Shown here: positions 52,620-64,000 of the stretch, piece by piece
Numbering within the stretch: the first letter of the stretch is position 1
Layout of the letters: every line of letters begins with the position of its first letter
Assembly: GCA_051362555.1 (NCBI GenBank)
Contig: CM120645.1
Coordinates: forward strand, 9,672,001 to 9,736,000
DNA: 64,000 bases
Reading direction: 5' to 3'
Origin: Lingula anatina
Taxonomy: Eukaryota > Animalia > Brachiopoda
Position numbers and translations under genes: made by a program
The notes under the pieces: generated by a model
What the model saw: only the letters and a program-made list of their open reading frames with translations
Database searches by the model: none
Told to the model about the DNA's origin: nothing

Positions 52620-54042
52620 AGTGCGTGCGCGCGCGTTGGTCCGCATGCTGGACGGGTGGGGTCGAACGAACTGTTATTTTGACCTTTAAAAAGTGCTCTG
52701 AATCAAATTTTGATCTGGGTTCTATCTCATTTCTCATGTTGTGTAAACTAAAGGAGTAAAAGGTTCACTTCAATTGAAATGGGACCCCCGTTATAACTCA
52801 GCACACACAATACGTTTTATAATGTCAAGGTAACGTTTTTTAGTTATATAAACGTTATATTAACGTTATGTTAATATAGTACAACATCCGCTGACTACAT
52901 GCTAAGACGCTTGGTGCGTGTGTTTTAAGTTGTAGGATGGGGAATGCAGCATTCGCCAAAAGTGGATTGAAAAACTGCTCACGAACGCGTTAAGAGTTAA
53001 TGTATCATCTATTTATAAAACACGGCGCATTCTTATCAGTGAAGGTAGATGCATATAAAGAGATATCGATTTTCATAAAAAATGACAACACTTTGAGAAA
53101 CAATTTTCAAATGGTTTGACCGTCAAAATGTGTGAAAATATACACGTAAAAACGCATTATAACGATAGGTCCCTCATGAGTACCGTGCTCGTGTGTGTGC
53201 GTGTGTGCGTGTGTGTTTGTATGTGTGTTTGTGTGTGTCTGTTTGTGTGTTTAAATGTGTGTCTGTCTGTGTATGTGTGTGTGAATGTGTGACCATGTGT
53301 GCCTGTCTATGTATGTGTGTGCGTGGATGTCTGTGTGTGTGTGTGTGTTTAAGTGTGTGTCTGTGTGTGTATGTCTGTGTATGTGTATGTGTATGTTAGC
53401 GTTGTGTGTTGTGTTGTGGGGGTGCATGACTGTGTCGGATCTTGACCGTGACAGTATGGGGTTTGTTTAACAATATCTAGTTCCCCAAGACCGGGCAACA
53501 CAGAAGGAGTTAACTGTTGTAACAGACATGTAACATATTGTTACCTCTGTAATGCCCCTATTTCACACAGACCACGAATCCCACGAATCGCCAGGAATTG
53601 ACAAATTTCAGGATTCGTGGTTGAATCGTAATCAGTTCATGAAGTTCTTAAAAGATTCGTATATATTCGTAGTCAGTTCTTGCAAATCTTGATCAATCAC
53701 GAACTGATTACGATTCAACCAGGAATCCTGAAATTTGTCAATTCCTGGCGATTCGTGGGATTCGTGGTCTGTGTGAAATAGGGGCATAAACTACTAATTG
53801 TAAACCAACATAAACTACTCTAGGTTCTAGATTTCCGAATTGCCAGCTCTATCTTGATTTCATATATAACCCATATCAGTAATACGAAACTGCTGAAGCC
53901 CGTGAACAGGTTTGAATAATCATCAATCTAGCTTCACAGTGGTCCTGACACTCAGGGCAACATACCCCAAATAGCACATAAAAATCATCTGCAGTAACAT
54001 CTCCCAATCTAGGCACATAAAAGATTACTTACCGCCCTCCAT
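49093..54042 (-). CDS. PhyH-family Fe(II)/2-oxoglutarate dioxygenase, L-proline trans-4-hydroxylase/ectoine hydroxylase-like (290 aa)
   Basis: Exons (-): 54042-54033 (caaaATGGAGGGCG|gtaagt), 52504-52423, 52142-52061, 51750-51640, 51223-51129, 50737-50647, 50300-50171, 49646-49495, 49212-49093 = 873 nt. Motifs: [40 protein letters not shown] (HxD), [36 protein letters not shown] (distal His, 2OG-binding Arg). Confidence 0.92.
49413..49564. repeat. 77-bp tandem duplication spanning the 3' end of the penultimate PhyH exon and its splice donor
   Basis: CTTACTATGTCCAGC at 49413 and 49490; copies differ at about three positions. Confidence 0.9.
50046..50145. mobile_element. MITE family A, 5' half
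   Basis: TAA|GGGCTCATTCCCAATGAATCTATCGTTCTACGT..CTCTCGCTGAATGCAAT. Confidence 0.7.
53190..53420. repeat. Degenerate (GT)n microsatellite
   Basis: Direct reading. Confidence 0.9.
53553..53786. mobile_element. Young palindromic MITE (Harbinger-like) with TAA TSD
   Basis: ~90-bp near-perfect TIR TGCCCCTATTTCACACAGACCACGAATCCC... with TAA at 53550-53552 and 53787-53789. Confidence 0.88.
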
Positions 54043-54248
54043 TTTGCCAAGCCAAGAATAGAAGATGTGTACGTGTGGATATCTCTGGATATCCCGTCTG
54101 CGCCGATCATGTTTACACTGCTTACATAATATTGACCCCCTTCTGTAGCTACATGTACATGGAGCGTGCTGTTATCAGTGAAGGTTGATATTCTCACTAT
54201 CTCCTCCGTTTTAAGGTCAATTTATGTACTAGTCTGCGCCTGTGATCT

Positions 54249-54430
54249 TTAATTCCTAAAATAATGCAACTCATATTCCTCCTTGCATGCTGGTTTACTA
54301 ACCATTTATCGACAACCCAGGTCGGAAGCAATTCTCACTTAATTCCTAAAATAATGCAACTCATATTCCGCCTTGTATGCTGGATTACTAACCTTTTCTC
54401 GACAACCCAGGTCGGAGGCAATTCTCACTA
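54249..54430. repeat. 90-bp tandem duplication upstream of the PhyH start codon
   Basis: TTAATTCCTAAAATAATGCAACTCATATTCC at 54249 and 54339. Confidence 0.9.
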
Positions 54431-55534
54431 AAACTTTTTTCATTTCTTTTTTATTTTTACAAAGTTCTCCTAGACTCTTTTCACATTGTAATTTCCTCGG
54501 TTGATCATAAATCTGTGTTTTTACTGTAAATATTAAAAGGTTGGCGTGCTATGGGAAAAGTAACAGACATCTCGTTTTCCGATTGCGTTAGTTGGGAATT
54601 TTTGCAAAATGTGCAAAATTTTTCGTTTAAAAATTCAAAAATAAGTTTAAAATTATTGCACTACGTGGGTGTAGAACCCGGTAGATTGCACATTTTTGTA
54701 GGGAGATACGCGCCGGCCATTTCGAATAATTTTGCACATACGTAGGCCTACATGTACAGTATGTGGCACTTTAGTGGTCTACAGTGTTAACATAATTAAC
54801 TGATTTTTTTCAGAATTTGAGAGAGGGAGTAAATATATATTAGGAAATGTTTTAAATGTTTCTGTTTTAATGTTTATATATGGAGAAAACAGAAAAAGAA
54901 ATAAATCACTGCCTAGGTATGTGTTATATGGGAAAAAGAAGGTGACGAACCCATACGGGACCAGCCGAATATTGAGGTTTCAAACCTGTTTCGGTACTAA
55001 CTCACCTTGTATTTATCACCAAAAATCTCTTATTGGTTTAATTGATTTTGATAACTGTAAAAAAGGAATTTGATCATAATGCAATATCCTTTTAGTATAT
55101 TGTGTTATTAAATTGGTACTACTTCACAAGTGAGATAGTGTAATTGGATTTTGTTTGTGTTTGATTGAAATATTGCACAGAAGTCACGTAGCCAGGTTTA
55201 CGTCACTTCTGAAAATTGACCGGCACCGTCTTGGAAACAAACGCCACTGTACATACAGTGTGTATATATATTACTGCCATTAAAATACCATTTTCGAACC
55301 ATCATCTTTATTTCTGTATGCAATTAGTAATAATCATGAACGTGGTGTTAGCATGTGTGCCTCTTTAAAAGGTTCGCTAGAATTTGCCTCGAAATAAACA
55401 AACACAAGTTACGAAAATTTCATTATGTCTTTGAGAAAGCTGTTTTAAATGTGGAAGAAAATCTGTGTAACGACCCTTTTACTCATCAGGGGAAAATAGA
55501 CTTTCGACCATTCTGTTCGGAAACGCATGCGCAG

Positions 55535-56373
55535 CTATTGCAATAGTGGCCACGTGATTGGGTCCATTTCACAAATAAACCTGTGAGTGGAGGATTCGGA
55601 GCCATCATTGTCATTCCAACCGATCTGAAATGAAAAAAAGACACCAAAACATAAACATTTGAAACTGCCGCACTTGTGGATTTAATCTTACAACACAACA
55701 TTTATTTCCAACAGATAGATAATATACGGCAGCGAAAATAAAGGCACTTTATTTAGACACATTAGAAAGGTTTATAAAAACATGAATTTGCTATTTTGAT
55801 TGAAACTTTTTTGACAGCTTATATGACGCTTAGGTCTACTGGGATTAGTTTACCACACGGCAAAGTCATATTTACGTAGTTTTTTTAAATATTTTGTAAA
55901 TTTGACTGGCTTGTAATAACACCCACCGTCTGCTTGCTGTAGCTGCGGTTCCTGTTGAACACCAAGGTAAGGAAATCTTCTCCGCGGGGCGCTCCGTTCG
56001 GCTCTGGGTCGTGCCAGTCTGTGTAAGTTACTGGCGTCTCTGGAATGGACAACGGGATTATTATTATTATTATTTTTTGTAATTGATATGGGCTTAGTTC
56101 AAATACAAATTAGACCCCGTTCCCATGCCAATATCGATCTAGCAGGATGGATCCATCTTCGAGGGGTTTCTTGCTAAATTGCATTCGGCTTAATTGGTTT
56201 TAGATGTCTGGCACGCCTACTAAAGTTGTTAAATGATAATTAATTACCCCCGAGCAGTTTCAGTAGGCGTGACAGACATCTAAGCGACTTAAGTTCAATT
56301 AAAACTACCCCCAAACAGCTTCAGTAAGCGTGCCAGACACCAGAGGATCGATCCTCCGATGAACGAACGGGGT

Positions 56374-56413
<40 letters not shown>

Positions 56414-57369
56414 TAGAGAGTCTTACTTTCCCCAGAAGTGCTGTCTTCCCAAGCCCAGCCATCTCCATCTCTCACTCCCCCAGTCCACCACTGTTCATAA
56501 CCATCTCTGCGCCGCCACGGGGTGTTGGTGTAGTAAATATCCTTAAGAACAAACCTTCATTACATCAATGAACTACACTTACATTTGGAAAATGAGAAAC
56601 TTGCCTTTTTCGTTATTTAACAACGTATCACCGGGAATAGGTGGAAAGTCATAGCAACCCCAATAATAAAAAAAACCGTGGAGACAACTGTAGGTTAATC
56701 ATGAAATATTACTTACACCGAACAAAAATAAATAAATAAATAAATAAATAACGTAGGTTAGAGAATGGGTCAAGTGTTTATATACCGATATTTTCCGCCC
56801 TAAAAAGTCGTTCTCGTCCTCCGTCTCTATTGCAACAAGAGAAGACGCCAGCTCTTTGCAAGCCGCCTTAGCTCCAGCCTGCGTGACGTAGTCCAGGCCA
56901 AACTTATAACAGCTCAGCAGGTATCCATGCCATCCTTCTGGGCAGTCTGGATATATGAATAAACTGTAAACTACAGGATATTCTGTCGTATATATAAATA
57001 TATACATAATTAGTTGAGTACATATAATATTTTGAAAATTTGAAAAATCAAATGTGTCCAATAACAAAAAACACATGAACGAGCACATTAATCTTTGATG
57101 TTTTTGCATGCATATACATAATTTTTTATGTGTAAACCATTGTAAGATAAAACCTCACCATTTTAGCAGATATCTCGAAAAATATATGAGACATGCCAGC
57201 CAATTTTTTTAAAAACCCTAATATCCATCCATGAAAATAAAGATTTTAACTTACCGTCCACCAGAAGCACGGGCGGCGGTTCCTTAGGTCCGTCGTAAGG
57301 TCGGCCCAGCGTCTGGTCTATCAGACCGATACTTAAAGTCAGCAGTAAGAAATGGAATGCGGGTGTCAT
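55535..57369 (-). CDS. Secreted single-domain C-type lectin (perlucin-like, EPN/WND mannose-type), 197 aa
   Basis: Exons (-): 57369-57255 (signal MTPAFHFLLLTLSIGLIDQTLG), 56946-56786 (CPEGWHGYLLSCYKF..AKAACKELASSLVAIETEDENDFL), 56541-56427 (WWTGG..WAW), 56039-55927 (YTDWHDPEPNG), 55624-55535 (WND..FICE..TAG) = 594 nt. Confidence 0.92.
56112..56375. mobile_element. MITE-like insertion in a lectin intron
   Basis: AGACCCCGTTC ... GAACGGGGTCT termini. Internal inverted TTAGATGTCTGGCACGCCTACT / AGTAGGCGTGACAGACATCTAA with a duplicated arm. Confidence 0.6.
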
Positions 57370-57464
57370 TTCTATCTTTCTTCTTGGCACGCACGAGTGA
57401 ACGGCGCGACAGTTTTGTCCGGACTTGAAAAATCCTGTCAGGTCTACAGAGACGTGCCGGTGTA

Positions 57465-57470
57465 TTTATA
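57465..57470 (-). promoter_or_regulatory. TATA box of the C-type lectin gene
   Basis: GTATAAATA on the minus strand ~100 nt upstream of ATG 57369. A candidate AATAAA lies at 55312-55307 downstream of the stop. Confidence 0.6.
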
Positions 57471-60400
57471 CTCTGGAACATCCTGGAATAAGAGCACGTT
57501 ATTAGCTGTTAAATGAAGCTATTATCTATTGTCATTAATATGATTATTATATATGCTATTGAATTTCCTTTTTTTTTTTATTTTACCCATTACACTTCAT
57601 TCAAACATGTGGCAGGGCCAGTTTTGAAACATGCCGTTATACGCTAGCTGTCATGCTATAAAAGAAATGTTCCAGCCTGAAACAAGTGAGAGTAATCAAA
57701 TAAAAACACTCATAAATATAAACTACCAAGGCAGTGATGGTTGTTCATAGTTTCCGACATATGTAATACTTCTAGAAAATGATATTTGCTAACTGCATAA
57801 TTTCAAATGCGAGTTCATTGACTACACAAGCCAGGGTGTCTCTGCCGCTTCCAGTAACAGTGGAAAGCATGCTGGTACACGTATGTAGTAGTGATACTAT
57901 AAAGAAGTATACAGTGTATAATGGCAAATTTCTAGCAAGATTTTTTCACCAAAGCCCAGACGTAATAAAATGTGAGCACCATTTCATATCCGAAAAAAAA
58001 AGGGTTTTACTTTTAAATTTGGGAAAATTCATTGAGGTAATTTTAGAAAGAATGAACTCTTCGGCAAAAACATATTCTTTACTATTTTGCTTACTTTTTA
58101 TTATTTTTATTACATTTCTCTGTAGCTAAATCCTGTACGTTTTACGGGAGTAAATCATCTGTAGGCCTACTGTCTGTAAGGCCTGCATATGGCAACAAAT
58201 CGTGAGGGGTGTTAAAGAGATGACCAATAATTCTGATAGACCAACTGACGACAGCAGGATTGGAAATTGCTTTACAATTACAAGGTAGCTCAGATTTTTT
58301 TCAGTTGTGACTACGTCATTTTGATATTTTGTTATCCAATGACGTCACTTTGGTTCCTTCCCGCCAACGTATGTTCATCTGTTTACGCAGCCTTCGTGCT
58401 GTTTATTTCCATTTTTACACAGACATGATTTAGAATTACTTACTTAACTATGATTAAGAAAATGTCTACAAATGAAATCACATTTACCTCGTAGATTGCC
58501 AACTAAAATATTCAATTGACTCGGTGAACTCTATTTCCGAAATCCCACATGATTACTAATAAAACTATGATTGAAATAAGTGGCTGACCTCGACTGTGTT
58601 TGAAGGCCTAATTTTTTTATGATGGGGGAACGAGTACGTTGCACAATACTGTTGGCCAAAATTTTCAAATGACCGCACTCCTTATATTTTTATTTCCAAG
58701 GATTAAAAAAACCGTCTATACTACACTTTATATTGTAGGCCTACAAAGGAGGCACCCAGTTGATAACAATTAACAGTGTTTCATTTTAAGACGTGGCGCT
58801 ATTAAAAAGCTTATGATCGACCTAATCCTTGACTTCGACTGAAGTTAACAATGTTATTTGGGCGTCAGGCGACTCTGCATATTTTCTATTTGAAATTATC
58901 TTCTAATGTAAATTCTTCTAAATGATAGAGCTGCTTATGCTCATTAACACTTTTATTCGACGCAACTGAACACAAACTTGTTTTCCTTGTAGACTTAAAA
59001 AAGAGGAGGCGACTAGAATAGAGATGAAAGCAGCTGCGTGTAGTTTCCTGATTGTGATAGTTGGGAATACAACGCAATTTTTCTATCAAGCACATCGCAC
59101 CACGGACTGTGTTCACCCTACCAGGGGCCACAAAGCGGAGCCAGAAGGCGATTTTTCATGGGACATTTACAGCTGTTTCTCTGGGTAATTCCGTGGAAAA
59201 TTCTGTCCAGTGAGAAAGAATTTAAAAAGAAACAAAGATACCTTTACCCAGCTGGTCCATGGCAGAGAATAGGGTGAGGTGATACAAGCCTATGCAAGTT
59301 CTTGTAACAGACCGATGGCTCTGGCAGATATTTGTATAAGAATAATAATAATAAAGCAGTATGAACCCAGAGCTATCGGTCTGTTGCAGTCTTATTGTTC
59401 TTAGCAACGTTATATTCAAAACTATGATATTCACGAAAATATAACATCTATGCACGAAATTAATTTGTCCCTATTTTTTTAATAAGAATACTTTTGAAAA
59501 TCAATATTATCAAAAACTGAGTTCTTGCAAGGTTACTACAAGTGGATGAATTTCTATTTTAATTATTGGATTTTTTTACCATAATACCCAATATAAGACA
59601 AAGAAGAAGCCTTCTGGCTTCTTTCGATCTCGCCGTTTTCACATTCGCACAACAATGCCTTGAGCGAAATACAACTCTCCATCTATTAAGTCATCTCGCT
59701 GTTAACTGATACTTGGCACAGTGGAAATTTATTACCATCATGAAAATGCCCCCAAACACAGGTTCTGTTGTCTCTTAAGCGATCAATTGCCTTAATGAAT
59801 ATGTAATCTTTGTGCTCTTGGCTCATAAATTTACAATAGCCAAGCGCGTTCACACTGTACACATGTCTTAATGTCTATATTATTTAAAGTGACATTGAGG
59901 CCAATTAAATAGATCAAATTTCTTTCTGTGAACACGTTCTTCCTCACAGAGATCCTAAAGGACCGCAATACATTATACAGGGTAGGTGCCACTTAAACGC
60001 CAAAAGGTGCGTAATTTAAAGTTAAGGATCAGCAAGCACATTACCACTGGGACCATTTCGTGTTCAACCCAATACAATGCCAGCGAGAGTAGAAGGAATG
60101 AGTGACTGTGCAGTTGACGCCGACATTTATACACAGCGCCGAAGATGTGAGTCACCATGCAGTGTAAATAGTCCAATTACTATGGCAGTGTGGTCAATAT
60201 GAGATGACGCATGTTGTGGTGTAATACCCAGAGTGGTGTTAGTGAGTGAGATAGAGAAAGGTGAAGAAGTAGCGAACAGACCGCGCCTTATATTGAGGAT
60301 AAGACAAAGAGATTGGACGGCAAGCCAAGCGTATAAATATATACTACGGCCATGTGGGCCTCCGGTACACGTAGATCTGCTGTCAGTTGTTTGTGGATAT

Positions 60401-60741
60401 TTTCAGTGTTCACAGTCACTACTATACGATGTCGACGCCTGGGGGACAGTGTTACGGCGGGGAGAGAAGGAGGTAGGTAAACGCTACCTGGGTTGTGTTA
60501 AAAATAGTGGGTTGAAGAACTATACGGAGCCACAAATCACCTATTTGCCCCCCCCCCCCCCCCGACCTCACCTCCACACTTCTACTCTAACCTCCCACCC
60601 ATTTATGACATTATCACAATACTCATTTTATTCTTCAGAGTTTTCTATTCTGATGGATTTTACGGTGTTTTGATTCTAAGTATACGCACAGTAGAAATCA
60701 ATTCGGCCCAGCGTTAAGGGCGATATGCTGTTTACTGTATA

Positions 60742-60884
60742 TACCCTCTACCAGGGCCGCAGTTATTATTGTGGACATTCTTGCTGAGACGACAGCACAG
60801 TGCAGATATTAGCCATCTATTTAACCAGAGACATATCTGTTAAATATCTAGTGAAATATCAATCCGTGGCCCTGGTAGAGGGTA
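60742..60884. mobile_element. Complete MITE with CCCTCTACCAGGGCC TIR, TA-flanked
   Basis: TACCCTCTACCAGGGCC ... GGCCCTGGTAGAGGGTA perfect inverted ends. Confidence 0.82.
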
Positions 60885-63800
60885 CTGTTTATACATTATA
60901 TCATTCTGGCCTTGAAACACAGGCCTCCATAACCAATTGCAAATAGTTCTGCCTCAAGATTTCTACGAAAATCAATCGTTCTCTCAGCTAACACGAACGG
61001 TTTGTTAGCACCATTGTAAATATAATCTAGTTTACCAGTGGCTGCATTTATGGGTCCTAGCAAAAGAAAAAAAAAGAACCTCGGATTTGTTTAACCGCGA
61101 CTGATAATGTAAAGTCACAACTGTTTGCCAAATTCAAAAGCACTGTTAACGCTCAGGTAACTCATTTCTGGATGTTAGGGGTTGGTCATTCGTGTAAAGG
61201 TCTTACTATCTCACTCTGAAACGCACCTGTGGTCAGTAGTTTTATATATGGTTCCTTGCCATATGCCTTTGATTAATATATGGTATTCGACATCATATCT
61301 TTAAAGGTTGTTGAACTATTTCCCTGTCGGTTGGAATAAAAGACTTTGGTGGGTGAAAGAATTTCCATAAATATCTCATTGTACGTTTGACGTAGAGAAA
61401 ATAAGAGAAAAGTGAACTATTATGTGTAATCTTCGTTTTGTGTCTTCGGGATATTTTTCTCTTTTCTTTCCGGGTCAGCAAGGAAGGGGAAATTCATATA
61501 ATATGCGCTTCCTTTTCAACAGTATTCATCTACAATCTGCCATATTTCAGTCTGAAGACAGCAGATTCTTAGTGAGTGTGTCTTCTTCAATCTTAATATT
61601 ACATGCGTCAACCATTTATTTCGAAAACAGAGCGCGAAAATGTGTGTACTTTAAATTCAGCCCCTTGTAAGAAAAAATCATAATATTTTATAATATACAT
61701 TATCTATATATCATGAAGAACAAAGACAAAATGTCTCTTGTCCTTTTGGCCAAAATAATTCAGATTCTACTGGCACGGATTGATAATTTCTAACCTTGAG
61801 TCCACACAGTCCACGGACCAATGATGTTTTTTTTTTGCTCATTTATACCAACATAGATATACAGGACAGCTGTAAACCTTTTCTGGGATTCAAACAGATC
61901 CATATATAAATGTAGGCCCATATATATAGTTACTATTGTAGCGGCAGCTATACACCCACAGTGGACATCGGAATGAAGTTAATGGATTCGTATTGTCTAT
62001 ATTGTATAATGCTAATGTGAAATGCCACAGCAAAGACTGTCAGCTGGAATACTTAGGTACTAGTCTACTTACATAGCCGACTAGCGTGCACAGTCCAATT
62101 TAACACTAAAGAGTATGGAATTTCGCCCACAGCTCAGAGCTTCTATCTTAATGCTCAGATTAATAAGGAAATTAACCCCATCCACTATTCGATTTTAATG
62201 GACTGTTTCGCATTATCATACCTCATGCACCGGGAAAGACATTTTTGATAAATTACCCCCATTTTTCATATCATCGTTTTGTGATAAATCATCGGATAAA
62301 TAAAAGTGCATTTACGCCAATGAAATTTATGTCACACACGCAAACGCACAATCACGTACATGCGAACGCACACACAAACTCGACAAAAATGGTTTTGCAC
62401 ACACTCGCGCAAACATGTGCGTGCGGACACACACATTCACACAAACTCAGTATCATTTACACGTTACTCATCATTCTTTATTAAGAAACTATATGTCACT
62501 GTCGCCAAAGATGTACACGTTGCGCCGCGGGGTAATGAAACCCTAGACAATTTATCATTAAACACGTGTATATCAATGAAAAGGTTTAGAACACACACAG
62601 GCGTTTTTACTTCATGAGATTTCTCATTTCCCCCAAATATATCAGAATGAAAGACATGTACCTAAACTGGAGCAAGAGTCATTTATCGAAAAAGCGTGTT
62701 TTTATTTAGGAGAATAGGAGCGATGTTTTGTATTGAAATAAAGCATACTTTCCTTGTGAGCAACAAAATACCAACATGACGTATCAAGCTAAATACACCT
62801 GAAAACTGGATAAAATGACACGAAAGTTACGAGGTCACCTTAGTAGCTTTTAATGCACAGAGATTACAAAACTAAATTCAGAATTGGCTTTATGTAGGTA
62901 TAAGCCATATATTTTATGAATTCGTTTAAAGATGTCAACTTGCCCCTAAGCCGATATTTACAAATATATTTTAAAGACTATAAGAAAAACTCACCCAAGA
63001 GCTTAGAATAGATTTTAAAAGTCACGAACACTTCATAGATCATTTACAGCGTAACATGAGAGGCTAAAAAGGTGGGCCGTATCTTTGTAGAAAGTGGAAA
63101 AACAAATCGTCAATTGCCTGTGGGCTATACACCATAGCGACCACCGAATATCTTGAACCATTTATGAAATACAGATACAGGATAATTTTGACATTAGTTT
63201 CATGACGTAACGCCAATGTTCTGTTCATAATTATAAGGTGTTTTTGTGCGTTCCCAAACGTCATATCGTATCAACGGATTTAGTTTTTCAACATTTCCAT
63301 TTTAAACAGGTCTTTACGGACCACGTTTTTAAATACATACAATGAGTGTTAATATTATAATGGGTTTATTGTACCTGTTTTGCAATGTATGCAGCCTGTG
63401 TATTGAATGCATATATGAAAATATAGTTTTAAAATGAAGTAAGATACAATCATAAAAAAATACATTTACAATGAATGTTATAAAAATATTTTTAAAAAGA
63501 TGTTGGTGTGCGTCGTTCTTTTGTGACTGAAACTACAGGAAACTCATTCCTCTATTATCAGCATTTCTGGTAATCTCTAGATATGCAAAAATAATATATG
63601 CTGATTACCGAGGCGAGAATTCAGTAATCTCTGCAGCTGTTTTACCTTCATTGCACCTCCCAGTTACAAATAGTCCCTAAGCTAAAACATTCCTTTTCTT
63701 TATTCTATACAGAGTGTGTGAATGTCCAATAGCTGTGACACTCTGTCAACAAATCTGGGCACATTTCACGTATCCGACAAATAAAAAGGGGATATCGGAA

Positions 63801-64000
63801 ATATTTATGTAATATTATCCCCGCTGTCATTTCCTCCCTCCCAATATATATATAAACAGTGTCCACGTTATGTTGAAGTGGTGGGATTAATTAATCTGTT
63901 TATTTGTCATTTAGTGTCCTTATTCCCAGCCCATTACTTTGTACACAGGGGCTGTCCTTATGAGGTGTGTTTAAGGGAGGTGATGTCAGGTATTAAGCGT

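Overview
AT-rich, intron-containing animal genomic DNA, most likely a marine invertebrate such as a lophotrochozoan (inferred from gene and repeat families). I assembled five spliced genes by hand from GT-AG junctions with consistent phases. (1) 3' part of a discoidin-like/SAM/Ig-like protein gene (+, 978-10921). (2) A ~2477-aa GRL101-like LDLa-LRR GPCR with a mucin/polybasic, CUB and C-type-lectin ectodomain in only three coding exons (+, 31860-40019); three conserved class A activation residues are substituted. (3) A convergent secreted SRCR-EGF protein with a furin-site Cys-rich C-terminal domain (-, 47135-40954). (4) A PhyH-family Fe(II)/2OG dioxygenase of the L-proline trans-4-hydroxylase/EctD-like type (-, 54042-49093). 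(5) A secreted EPN/WND C-type lectin lacking the inner disulfide (-, 57369-55535). Introns and intergenic DNA carry Helentron-type (HINE) elements with 146-bp internal repeats, several MITE families, a probable tRNA-SINE, and mini/microsatellites. The 12-31 kb interval has no convincing CDS but contains promoter/enhancer-like motifs. No database search was possible, so family calls rest on motif recognition.
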